Shown here: positions 1 through 10,203 of the stretch, one piece after another | How positions within the stretch are numbered: position 1 is the first letter of the stretch | Layout of the letters: the number at the start of each line of letters is the position of its first letter | NCBI RefSeq assembly: GCF_001194135.2 | Contig: NC_068984.1 | Location: 9,071,049-9,110,947, forward strand | Direction: 5' to 3' | Source of the DNA: Octopus bimaculoides | Lineage: Eukaryota | DNA length: 39,899 bases | The notes under the pieces: model-generated | Told to the model about the DNA's origin: nothing | Database searches by the model: none | Seen by the model: the letters and a program-made list of their open reading frames with translations, nothing else | Made by a program: the position numbers and the translations under genes

Positions 1-110
1 AAACATACATATATACGTACATACATACACGCACAAACTTGTATTCTTCTCACTACGCACGCGAATCGTTTATTTATTTAAAAAGATAACTCATTTTTAT
101 ATATGATAGT

Positions 111-142
<32 letters not shown>

Positions 143-283
143 TCTCTTTCTATGCCTCTTTCTCTTTATATATATAAATACATATATAGTCACTCTGCCC
201 TATTTAAGAAGGTATGATAAAAGGAGTTCCATTTTATGTATAAATATATATGTCTGTGTGTCTGTGTGTGTGCGTGCGTGTGT

Positions 284-657
284 GTGGAGGTGCAATGGCT
301 CAGTTGTTAGGGCAGCAGACTCATGGTCATAGGATCACGATTTCGATTCCTATGTTATGTTTGTTGAGCGAAAACACCTAAACCTCCACGAGGCTCCGGC
401 GGGGTGTTGTGCTGTACCTTGCTGTACTCTTTCACCACGTCTTTCTCTCACTCTGTCTTCCTGTTTCTGTTGTACCTGTATTTCCAAGGGGCCAGCCTTG
501 TCACACTCTGTGTCCTGCTAAATCTCTTCGAGAACTACGTGAAGGGTACACGTATCTGTGGAGTGCTCAGCCACTTGCACGTTAATTTCACAAGTAGGCT
601 GTTCCGTTGATCGGATGAACTGGAACCCTCGTCGTCGTAACCGACGGAGTGCCACAA

Positions 658-658
<1 letters not shown>
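284..658 (+). mobile_element. tRNA-derived SINE, family A (head + body 1 + tail 1)
   Basis: A-box-like tggctcagttgttagg and B-box-like atttcgattcc. Body and tail are colinear with the copy at 23058-23441 (ctgtactctttcaccac; ctgtggagtgctcagccacttgcacgttaatttcac; actggaaccctcg..cgtcgtaa.cgacggagtgcc). Confidence 0.9.

Positions 659-659
<1 letters not shown>

Positions 660-718
<59 letters not shown>
660..718. repeat. (TA)n microsatellite between two tail-to-tail SINEs
   Basis: Pure TA run read directly from the sequence. Confidence 0.95.
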
Positions 719-719
<1 letters not shown>

Positions 720-880
720 GACGGGCTTCTTTCAGTTTCCGTCTACTGAATCCACTCACAAGGATTTGGTTGGCCCGGGGGTATAGTAGAAGACACTTGC
801 CCAAAGTGCTACGCAAACGGACTGAACGCGGAATCATGTGGCTGGAAACAAACTTTTTACCACACAGTCACGCTTGTGCC
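718..880 (-). mobile_element. tRNA-derived SINE, family C, 5' portion
   Basis: Reverse complement contains ctttgggcaagtgtcttctactatac and gtagacggaaactgaaagaagcccgtcgt, matching the plus copies at 9082 and 10926. Confidence 0.85.
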
Positions 881-1199
881 ATATCTCAGTACTATAACTA
901 ATGGAAGAAATCTCCTGTACACGTCAAATCCGTACTAGTCGAAGTTACTTTAGCATATAAAATATGGTAATTGTTGCCAACCTAATTAAAACGAGCAATA
1001 AAACTTTAAGAAACAGTTTCCCACCTTTTTTTTTTAATTTAATGAAATAGCAAACGACTATAAAAATTAATTTATTACATAATTTATGTTTATTATAAAC
1101 AACGCAATAAATTACTTCTTTAAGAAATAAAAGCGAAATTTCAACATTTATGGGGAAGAAAATAATTATAGAGATGAGTGTGAAAAAACCCAGCAAATA

Positions 1200-1360
1200 G
1201 GCGCTGGTGTAACTGTGTAGTAAGATGCTTTCTTCTCAACTTCTTGGTTCTGTGTTCAGCACCACTGCGTGGTACCTTGAGCTAGTGTCTCCTACTATAT
1301 CTCCGGGCCGACCACAGCCTTATGAGTGGAGCTGCGGATCTGGTAGAGGGGAAAGTGAAT
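1200..1360 (+). mobile_element. SINE family C, diverged 5' portion
   Basis: ccactgcgtggtaccttgagctagtgtctcctactatatctccgggccgaccacagccttatgagtgga aligns to the family C copies. Confidence 0.75.
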
Positions 1361-1419
1361 ATTGTTATTTATGATATTTTTATTTTTGTGTAATTTAGAC
1401 CACAATTTATTCCCCGCAC

Positions 1420-1422
<3 letters not shown>

Positions 1423-1514
<92 letters not shown>
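1423..1514. repeat. (GT)n microsatellite
   Basis: Direct reading; it accounts for the CV/HT ORFs in the track. Confidence 0.95.
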
Positions 1515-1516
<2 letters not shown>

Positions 1517-1520
1517 TTTA

Positions 1521-1654
1521 TTAAAAAGCAGCAAAAATATCACAATAACTGTTACTCAGAATTTCACGACCGCGTTCGTCGGACAAAAGTGTCCGGCGGA
1601 GGGAAGCGTGAAACACTGAGTAACAGTGTTTGTGATATTTTTGCTGCTTTTTAA
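1521..1654. repeat. 134-bp imperfect inverted repeat, TTAA at both ends; arms resemble Penelope-like hammerhead-containing termini
   Basis: ttaaaaagcagcaaaaatatcacaataactgttactcag (1521-1559) pairs with ctgagtaacagtgtttgtgatatttttgctgctttttaa (1616-1654). Inner stems are tttcacg/cgtgaaa and ttcgtcggaca/tgtccggcgga with an AAAG loop. Confidence 0.85.
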
Positions 1655-1942
1655 GAAAGCATATTACTCTACCTCTGGTATTCGAGTACTATTTTTTCCA
1701 CCTTGTTTCATATTTATGCGCTTCTTCTCGTATTATATGCTTATCTCTGATCACTATATTTGTGTAGCGTCCATTTACTCATTGCCTGTATCTGCAACCA
1801 GGCTGCATTTCTTGTATAATCCTTGTCTTTTACTCTCCCTCTCTTTCTCTCTCTCTCCTCTTCCTCTCTCTATAGTAAGTAAGGCATCACAGGAGAAAGG
1901 AACTAATAAATGTTTTTATCGGCTGTCATTATCTAGAGATCA

Positions 1943-2153
1943 AAGTTGGTGAGCTGGCAGACTCGTTAGCAGACCGGTGGGATTTGCTTAGCGTCTTCGC
2001 TTTTTGAGTTCAAATTCAGTCGAGGTCCACTTTGCCTTTCATCCTTTCGGGGGTCGATAAAATATGTACCACTTGAGTACTGGGGTCGATGTAACCGACT
2101 TATTCCCTTCCCCCCAAATTGCTGGCCTTGTGCCAAAATTTGAAATAATTATT
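1943..2153 (+). mobile_element. CORE-type tRNA SINE, family B
   Basis: gagctggcaga head; gagttcaaattc B-box; CORE-like ctttgcctttcatcctttcgggggtcgataaaat; tail ggccttgtgccaaaatttgaa. Confidence 0.9.
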
Positions 2154-2180
2154 ATATAGCAATCTTTGTTGTTGTTGTCT

Positions 2181-2420
2181 TCAATATTCAATGAAGAGAG
2201 GTTGCACCAAATTCTCTTTCTTCAAATCTCCATACTTCGCTCTTGTGATTCAGAAAAAAAAATCTTTTGGAAGATCTCTGTGGACTTGCAAACTTCTTTT
2301 GATGTCCGGGTCGGCATTCATGAATATTTCGTTCACTGCTTCTATAATTCTCAATATATTCTCGTATTCCTTGATAAAAAAACAATTTCATATTGATATC
2401 TTCCTTATTATCTTCTTTAA
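2181..2420 (-). pseudogene. Tigger/pogo-like transposase C-terminal remnant
   Basis: Minus-strand translation KEYENILRIIEAVNEIFMNADPDIKRSLQVHRDLPKDFFF*ITRAKYGDLKKENLVQPLFIEY* follows an acidic stretch (EDNKED, different frame). It resembles the DP..ERS..V...I...Y..K..Q..L..FF C-terminus of Tigger-type transposases, recognised from memory. One internal stop at 2250-2252. Confidence 0.55.
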
Positions 2421-2684
2421 ATTTTGTTTATTCCTCTAAGATAATAATTAAATATATCTTCTATAGACAGATTTATTTAATTATTATCTTCCTTAAACCA
2501 AACTGTTTTCGCCATGTTTAATTTCTTCAGAGAAATTAGTTGCACATTGTTACAACTGAAATTTACCATCTTGCACATATGGTGCTTCAAGTTATTTACT
2601 CAAGAACTATTGTGGCGATGGCCAAATGCATTTCATATTATAACACATTCTGCCATTTTCCCTTGTAATCTTTTATGTGATTAT

Positions 2685-2897
2685 AAGTCGGCGAGCGGGC
2701 AGAATCGTTAACCCGCCGGGCAAAGTCTTAGCGGCATTTTGTCTGAACAGGTGTACTGTGTACCACGCGTTAGGTGTCGAATTGATAGCAAAGCCACGCG
2801 GAATGAAGTGTTTTGCTCAAGAACACAACGCATCGCCCGCTCTAGAAATTGAAATCTCGATCGCTAGATCGTGAGTACAGCACACTAACCACTAGGC

Positions 2898-2900
<3 letters not shown>
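2685..2900. mobile_element. Two convergent SINE heads: family B head (+, 2685-2743) and family A-type head (-, 2793-2900)
   Basis: gtcggcgagcgggcagaatcgttaac..cttagcggcatttt on the plus strand. The reverse complement of the second part reads ttgcctagtggttagtgtgctg...cttgagcaaaacacttcattcc. Confidence 0.7.

Positions 2901-2987
<87 letters not shown>
2899..2987. repeat. (AAT)n microsatellite
   Basis: Direct reading. Confidence 0.95.
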
Positions 2988-2988
<1 letters not shown>

Positions 2989-3194
2989 GAACCGCTCGAA
3001 TACTCTGGATGGTGCTCGAAAAATATGGAGTGTTACCTTAGTTCACTGGTAGTGAATAGCTGACACCGTAGTACATCTCTAGCGATAGAAACAGTGCAAG
3101 GACAATAAAAATCATAATAATAATAATAATATTAATAGTAATAATGATAATGATAATACTACTACTAATAATGATGATGATGATAACAAACCTG

Positions 3195-3345
3195 ACCACT
3201 GTAGGCGCAAGCCTGAAATTTTGGAGAAGGTAAATAGTCGATTACATCAACCCTAGTAGTCAACAGGTACTTTTTTATACTTTTTTATCGGCCCCGAAAC
3301 GATAAAAACCAGATTTGAATTCAGAAGGATTTGAACTCTGAATGT
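3195..3345 (-). mobile_element. Degenerate SINE family B
   Basis: gtcgattacatcaacccta, ttttatcggccccgaaacgat and ggatttgaactctgaa match the reverse complement of family B. Confidence 0.65.
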
Positions 3346-3896
3346 ATTTATTTGAAACAAATATTGCAAGACATTTCGACTGACGGTTGCACCATTCGTA
3401 TAATCTTACTAATCCACATACAATATATATTAATACTTTGAAGTCAGTCACGTGATAACATCATTGTAAGGTACTCAACGTAATCGCCAGCATCATAATT
3501 ACGAAATATTCGGTTTTCACTTTATCATATTTGATTAACACTTGCTACACTATTCCACCCTTTATCTACCCTTGTATTTATTATTATCCGAGGTACAATC
3601 TAAGATATGTTTCAGTGATGCTGCTACAATACATACAGAGATTTCAAAAAATTACAGATCAAGAACCAACACATCGATCTCTCTTTTATCAATTGTCCAG
3701 GAATTATTGACATGGCCGACGCAGTCCTCATAGATAAATAGGCTTTTCATCCACAGCAATTCTTTATTCTATGAAATACAAAGAAGTGTACAAAGGAATT
3801 ATCTAACAGGTGAAGATTGCATGATGGCGGTCTTGTTATGTTCAGTCAAAAGATATTCTATACACTAGTAACTCCTTGTCTGTAGGGTACAATAAA

Positions 3897-4167
3897 ATTG
3901 GCACTTCGTCGTTTACGACGATGAGTGTTCCAGTTGATACGATCAACTGAACATCCTGCTCGTGAAATTAACTTGCAATTGGCTGAGCACTCTTGCAAAC
4001 TCGCGTACCCTTATTGTAGTTGACAAGGCTGGTCCTTTGTAATTACAGCTACAACTCACTTTTGCAAGGTGGAATAAAATGTCAGGCTCTAGGACCCGCT
4101 GAGAATCGAACTCATGACCTTGCGATCATGAGCTGAACACCCTAGGCACTAAGCCACATGCCTTCAC
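3897..4167 (-). mobile_element. tRNA SINE, family A' (head + short body + tail 1)
   Basis: Reverse complement begins gtgaaggcatgtggcttagtgcctagggtgttcagc..gagttcgattctc and ends with tail 1 (gttaatttcacgagcaggatgttcagttgatcg..actggaac). Confidence 0.8.
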
Positions 4168-4210
4168 ATGGGGTACACACATGTACCACACATGTAAATG
4201 TTAGGTCTAA

Positions 4211-4390
4211 CCCTTTGTCCTGTGTATCACATGGTACAGCGGACATATTTCCCTGCTGTCATAAATGATACACTGTCCCTGTGTTTTTAAACCAGCAAAT
4301 TAGTTATAATTTCAATACTGAATAATGTCTACAAAGAATTTTGTTAGGTTTGTTGCGATGCAATTCAGTTCTTTTGTAATAACGATTTAT
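4211..4390 (+). mobile_element. piggyBac-like non-autonomous element, left-end fragment
   Basis: Begins ctaa|ccctttgtcc and shares ggacatatttccctg with 24814-24990, which begins ttaa|ccctttg. No right end found. Confidence 0.45.
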
Positions 4391-4534
4391 TTATACTCAT
4401 ATACAATTTTATATTGCATGGGTGTGGTTTGTTGTGCTCCTTTTTACTTTTCCACCCCACTATCTATCTATCCATCCATCTATCTAACTATCTATTGATC
4501 TGTCTGTCGGTCAATCTATCTATCTGTTTATGTG

Positions 4535-4598
<64 letters not shown>

Positions 4599-5599
4599 GC
4601 GAAAAAGAAAAAGGAAAAGAGTCCGAAACGTACAATATTTCACGCCTCACGACAAATCAACTTAGTTATTCTCAAAAATATTAATTCTTCACACTAGAAG
4701 GGTGTACTGACTTTAAGAAATAAAACAATTTATTCTTATACAGAAACAATTCAAAAATTAAACGTTTACATCGATGAAACTTCTGAAAGATTTTTTTTAG
4801 TTTTTACCTTTTGATGCCATTCGTTTGATGAATAAAGCCCAGGTGACTTACATAATAAACAGTATACTTGTGGAAGCTTAGTCGCTTCTCGTGACAATAT
4901 AAAAGAATGGTGATTTCCTTTTTTCCTCTCTCCGAGTGACTTTTATGCTACACAATCTTGTCAGCTGACTCTATTTCTGAGGGAGTGGAATACAAAATTA
5001 AGGAAAAAAGAGAGAGGGAGAGAGAGAGAGAATAGAATGGAACTAGTACTTAAATACTGCTTTATTCATCGACCCCGCAAGGATTAAGTACAAAGTTGAT
5101 CTTGTCCGGATTTGAACTCTGAGAGCCGGAACACTGTCTTCGACGTGGTAAAGACTCTCCAACGATGGTACCAATATACTGCAATATTATGATACTCACT
5201 TTGTCAGTATTTTCTCAGCCGTCAGTGTAATAGATCTTCAGCATCAGCAGAGAGTTAGAGAAAATGCTTTGGGACATATAATGGCGAAGCTTTATTGCCG
5301 GAATTCAAATCCCAACGGAGTGAACACTGCCCTTCGATTTTCATGATGGCTGATAATAAAAACTGTACCACTTAAATAGTAAGATTGATATAATTGATTA
5401 TACAGCCCAACCCTAGACGTGCGGCCCTGCGTATATATTAAAAATCAATATTGTTCTAACCACTCATTACTGTATATATTACGAAGAGATTTTGCAAAGG
5501 TATTTTGCTTGACTATTCACTGAGGAGTGACAACAATGTGGTGTTATTTTCTTTGGTATTTGAAAGTTTTATATTAAAGCACAAACATTTTGAAATCTC

Positions 5600-5880
5600 A
5601 GCATAGGTTCCTCTTGTGCTGTCAAGCACACTACGCAGCGAAAAAGCATCACTGGTTCCTGTTAGTTGCCATCCAACCACGCAAAATTGGTGTCTCTGAT
5701 GTCAGTTATCGAAGTTCTGCGCCATATTATTTTCGGTGTTCCTCTCTTTCCTCGCCTCCGGTGACGGCCATTTGGAAGCTGTTTTAGAATGGCGTCGTGC
5801 TGGAAGCCGGAGTATGTAAAACTGCTAGCTTTGATAATTGTTCTGGGATGATTCTGCTAAGTGGTATCCCTGCGCTATGG
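5600..5880 (-). mobile_element. RTE-like LINE 3' end fragment (degenerate ORF2 C-terminus)
   Basis: Minus translation PNGRHRRRGKRGTPKIIWRRTSITDIRDTNFAWLD resembles the RTE C-terminal P..KR.RGRP..TWRRT...D motif. It is followed by a gcacaagaggaac-type terminus. Confidence 0.55.
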
Positions 5881-5917
5881 TATCCCTCAACGCTATGTCA
5901 ATATCTTTAAAAAAAAC

Positions 5918-6118
5918 AGAGTGACGAGCTGGCCGAATCGCCTGCACGCCGAGCAAAGTGCTTAACGGGATTTCGTCCGTCATTACGTTCTGATTTCAAA
6001 TTCAGCCGAGGTTGACTTGGTTTTTAATCCTTTCGGGGTCGATAAAATAAGCACCAGCTGTAATCGAATTATCCCCTCCGTTGAAATTTCTGGCCTTACA
6101 CCAAAATTTGAAGTCAAT
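5918..6118 (+). mobile_element. CORE-type SINE, family B
   Basis: gacgagctggccgaatcg head, atttcaaattcagccgagg, and CORE-like aatcctttcggggtcgataaaataag. Confidence 0.85.
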
Positions 6119-6370
6119 GTCTTTAATGAATTTTAATTAAATCTACGATGATGTGCTCCAACGGTAACAAGGAAAATATATTTCTTCAGCATTTTGTTGC
6201 AATGTACACATATAAAGCAATGAAATATAGAGGAATGTAATGACTGATGTATTATTATACTTTGTGGCAAATGTAGTAGTACAGTTCTATAGTTAAGACG
6301 TGAGGAATTTTGGACATTATTTACATTATTTACATTTGACGGATATTTGTCCTTCTCCTGTTTGTTGTTA

Positions 6371-6414
6371 ACACAACGTTTCGGCTGATATACCCTCCAG
6401 CCTTCATCAGGTGT
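6371..6414 (-). ncRNA. Minimal type-I hammerhead ribozyme motif (Penelope-like element terminus)
   Basis: Minus strand reads ACAC-CUGAUGA-A-GGCUG-gagggtatat-CAGCC-GAA-ACGU-U-GUGU. Stem I ACAC/GUGU, stem II GGCUG/CAGCC, palindromic AACGUU at stem III, GUU cleavage triplet. Confidence 0.7.
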
Positions 6415-6460
6415 CTTGGGGAAATTTCAAACCTGGGTTCTCATTCTTAAGGTAGTAACT

Positions 6461-6462
<2 letters not shown>

Positions 6463-6522
<60 letters not shown>

Positions 6523-6538
6523 AAGAAGAAGAAGAAGA
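6463..6538. repeat. Compound (AAT)n(AAG)n microsatellite running into a gap
   Basis: Direct reading. Confidence 0.95.
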
Positions 6539-6879
6539 NNNNNNNNNNNNNNNNNNNNNNNNNNNNNNNNNNNNNNNNNNNNNNNNNNNNNNNNNNNNNN
6601 NNNNNNNNNNNNNNNNNNNNNNNNNNNNNNNNNNNNNNNNNNNNNNNNNNNNNNNNNNNNNNNNNNNNNNNNNNNNNNNNNNNNNNNNNNNNNNNNNNNN
6701 NNNNNNNNNNNNNNNNNNNNNNNNNNNNNNNNNNNNNNNNNNNNNNNNNNNNNNNNNNNNNNNNNNNNNNNNNNNNNNNNNNNNNNNNNNNNNNNNNNNN
6801 NNNNNNNNNNNNNNNNNNNNNNNNNNNNNNNNNNNNNNNNNNNNNNNNNNNNNNNNNNNNNNNNNNNNNNNNNNNNNNN
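6539..6879. other. Assembly gap (further gaps at about 10388-10886, 11757-12006, 17461-17836, 20752-21270, 22224-23044, 25474-25561, 36181-36229)
   Basis: Runs of N. All X-rich ORFs in the track derive from these. Confidence 1.
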
Positions 6880-7274
6880 TATATATATATATATTATTCA
6901 TAATATTTAGGCTATATCAAAGAGATATAAGTAATTCGAAAGATATCTATTGCTAGAATTCAAAACGATAAAATCTTAGCGACGAGGGAATAATCTCCCA
7001 CTCAAGCGCCTGGTACCATTCTCTATTGCTTTTTATCTTACCTTTTTCGTATTATGTTCATTTCCAATTTGATTGGCACATTCCTTGCATTGACGTCACA
7101 TCGGTTCCGCAATGTGGGTTTGAAACATCTTGTCGCATCAAGAAATTCTCATTTGTTTCACATGTGGCTAAGTTTGTGATTTGAAGGCCCCATTTGGGAT
7201 TACGATTAGCTTACATCATTGACTTTGGATTTCTTATTATTGATGATCTAGTATAGACATGCTTGTGTGGTTAA

Positions 7275-7790
7275 CCCATTGCCACCATGAGCCCCATTGA
7301 GGATCTGCTAAAAACAGTCTCACTGCTGGTTGTTCGTTGTATTTAAAGTGAGTTTCATATGGTCATTGCATTTGCAGAGGTGTGTTTAACAATATTTAGT
7401 AGTTAAAGCTTGTCATTATTAGCTCTGGTTAATTCTGGAGGACATTTTATGTCATAACTCGTAATTTTTGAACTACAAAATATTGACTGTTTTGAAAATG
7501 TTTATTTATTTATTTTTGGCATTTCCCATTTATATCATTCATTGATATTTCATACACATTCGCATTTGATACAATAGTTTCAAAAAAGCTAAAATAGTTA
7601 TTATTGCAATTGAATAGAAAATGATAAATATTTTTTTTTTTTTTTAACGAACCCAATTTGGGTTTCAAAAAAATTGTAATTTCTAAAATAATTCACATAA
7701 GAAGAAAACTTAAATACTGTATATTATTTTAATTCCTAAGACACCTGGGAAAGTAAAAAAATATGAATAAAAAATGTGGCTGTTAATGGG
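7275..7790. mobile_element. piggyBac-like MITE with TTAA target-site duplication, inserted in a SINE
   Basis: TTAA (7271-7274) + CCCATT at the left end and AATGGG + TTAA (7791-7794) at the right end. Removing the element restores catgcttgtgtggttaagaagcttgctttgcc, the family C SINE head. Confidence 0.75.
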
Positions 7791-7794
7791 TTAA

Positions 7795-7905
7795 GAAGCT
7801 TGCTTTGCCACTACGCAGTTTCGGCTTCAGTCCCACTGTGGGACACATTCGATGACTGTCTTTGAATTTGGGAGTAGAAAACTGTGTAGAAGTCCATCGT
7901 TAGTA
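7795..7905 (+). mobile_element. Degenerate family C SINE, 3' part of the split copy (5' part at about 7252-7274)
   Basis: gaagcttgctttgcc..cagtttcggcttcagtcccactgtg..gtagaaaactgtgtagaagtccatcgt. Confidence 0.65.
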
Positions 7906-9081
7906 TTCCATTTTGTTAACGATACACGAAATAAGTGAATTATGAAATTATATTGCATACATCAACTCATTTTCAAAAGTGAGAGCTCAATATAAATGTA
8001 TGTGCCTTCCGTGGGTTCCTCAAATAATTCTGTTTTGAAACAGCATAGGGTTTATCTCGAACGACACATATTTACATGCTATTGTTAATAATTCTTTGCG
8101 TGTGCTTCGAGATCTACTATTCCAAAACAGAATAATTTCACGTTCTCTCGAATGTTTAAAAATTATTACATCTACATCCTCGCTTGTTTCTAGAATAAAT
8201 AAATTCGAAGGGTTGTCTAGAGATGTGAATTCGAGTATATGTGTGTGAGTGTGTATCTGTGTCTGTGTGTGTATGGATTTAAGCATGTATGTATAATTTG
8301 CCTCTAATGAAGATAGCATTGTGATGCTGGTTCCCTATATTTTCAGTCGATCAATCGATCTATTGATAAGATTGAATCAAGAATGCACCCGAATGCATAT
8401 CTGAAACAGTCATAAGCCTGTAATAAATGAAGAAATATACATAACCAATTATTTCTCTCTCACACACATACATGAATATAAGCATGCATGCATGTATGTA
8501 CATATATGTACCTATTATACATGTATCCATATCTATACGCACGTACACACACACACATACATACATGTATGCATTAACACATACATTAATACACACATAC
8601 ATACATACATACATACATGCATACATACATACATAAGAGGAGAAATTGGAGCAATGTCTCCAAATGTATTTATTGTTCAATCCCGCTGAGGTTTATATAA
8701 TAATGACCATCAAACCGCGATAAATATCGGCGATAACCACTTCTGTTAGATCTGCCACGGAGCCTGTCACGCTAAACAATTATATGCGATGTATTTAGCG
8801 GATTAGAAAGTTCGGCGCCTTTTACGACGGACATAGTGTTTGCGAAATGAAGAAAGATATAATTTGATAGAAAACTCTTTCGTACGATAGAGCTTGACAC
8901 CTGGAACAAATTAGACTAGGACATTATGCTAAAAAGAAAATGGTAATAACATACAGTCAAAGGTATTTCAATGGAATTTATATATTAGCAATGTTGTGAT
9001 AGCGTGATTCAATATGTTTTAGCAATTAGCTTACTCTGTTTTGTCTAATTATATGATGTTACTTAAACTCCGAGTAAATAT

Positions 9082-9330
9082 GCGTAGGAATGGCTGTGTG
9101 GTATGTTGCATGCTTACGATCCACATGGTTCCGGGTTCAGTCCCACTGTGTGGCACCTTGGGCAAGTGTCTTCTACTATACCCTCGGGCCGACCAAAGCC
9201 TTCTGAGTGGATTTGGTAGACGGAAACTGAAAGAAGCCCGTCCTATATATGTATATACATGTATATATATATATGTATGTGTGTGTATATGTTTGTGTTT
9301 GTCCCCCCAACATCGCTTGATACCCGATGC
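9082..9330 (+). mobile_element. SINE family C with internal TA/GT microsatellite, truncated by a family B insertion
   Basis: ggttccgggttcagtcccactgtgtggcaccttgggcaagtgtcttctactata..ggatttggtagacggaaactgaaagaagcccgtc, then a microsatellite, then gtttgtccccccaacatcgcttga. Confidence 0.9.
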
Positions 9331-9622
9331 TTTTCTACTCTAGACACAAGGCCCGAAATTAGATCGACCCCAGTACGCAACTTGTACTTAATTTATCGAC
9401 CCCGAAAGAATGAAAGGCCAAGTCGATCTCGGCGGAATTTGAACTCAGAACGTAAAGACAGACAAAATACCGCTAAGCATTTCGTCCGGTGTGCTGACGA
9501 TTCTGCCAGCTCACCGCCTTCAAAACTGACCTCAGCAACATTTGAATGCAGAGCGTAAAGACGGATGAAATGTCTCTAGGCAATTCCCCCGGTGCGGTAA
9601 CCAATCTGCCAGCTCACCGCTT
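9331..9622 (-). mobile_element. Family B SINE (9331-9520) plus a second older family B head (9521-9622)
   Basis: tttatcgaccccgaaagaatgaaaggc and ggaatttgaactcagaacgt; ctgccagctcaccgc occurs twice. Confidence 0.85.
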
Positions 9623-9986
9623 TATAATTCATATGTATATCGCGCAAATATTTTAATGAACTTCTACGTAGATCACAACGTATTCATTAATACCCTTCCG
9701 TCGTTATATTTCCTAGTTCACTTACATCATTCAGTTAGAAAAGGCAAGTCATTTCCTATTCTGAATGTTGTTTACAATTATTTCTTCTCCGTAATTAATT
9801 CTTCATGATGCCCATGGATGTTAGGTTTGAAATATCAATAAAATATTTTACAAAAGATAGAGGGTATCCCGAACGAAAAATAGTTGTGAAAAGAGCTTGG
9901 AAAATGAGGCAAATACCATCAGAAGACGGAAAAAGAGGTCAGCAAGTTGCTATAGCGATTCGAACCCAGTACATCTCAAATTCCTT

Positions 9987-10203
9987 TTCTTTCCTACTCT
10001 AGGCACAAGAGTCCAAAATTTTCGGCGAGGGGTCCAGTCGATTAGATCGACTACAGTACGCAACTGGTATTTAGTTTATCGACTTCGAAAGGATGAAAGG
10101 CAAAGTCGACCTCGGCGGAATTTGAACTCAGAACGTAGCGACAGACGAAATACCGCTAAGCATTTCGCCCGGCGTGCTAACGTTTCTGCCAGCTCACCAC
10201 CTT
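9987..10203 (-). mobile_element. Near full-length CORE-type SINE, family B
   Basis: Reverse complement is colinear with 35245-35456 over its whole length. Confidence 0.9.

Noticed and set aside
284-360. tRNA-like heads as genuine tRNA genes (also 16760-16830, 23058-23130, 38020-38090)
   Set aside because: No complete cloverleaf or acceptor stem. Each continues into a SINE body and tail, some with TSDs.
3620-3745. Plus-frame peptide FKKLQIKNQHIDLSFINCPGIIDMADAVLIDK resembling a GTPase G3-like segment
   Set aside because: Bounded by stops, lacks the DxxG aspartate, has no donor site, and is too short to distinguish from chance.
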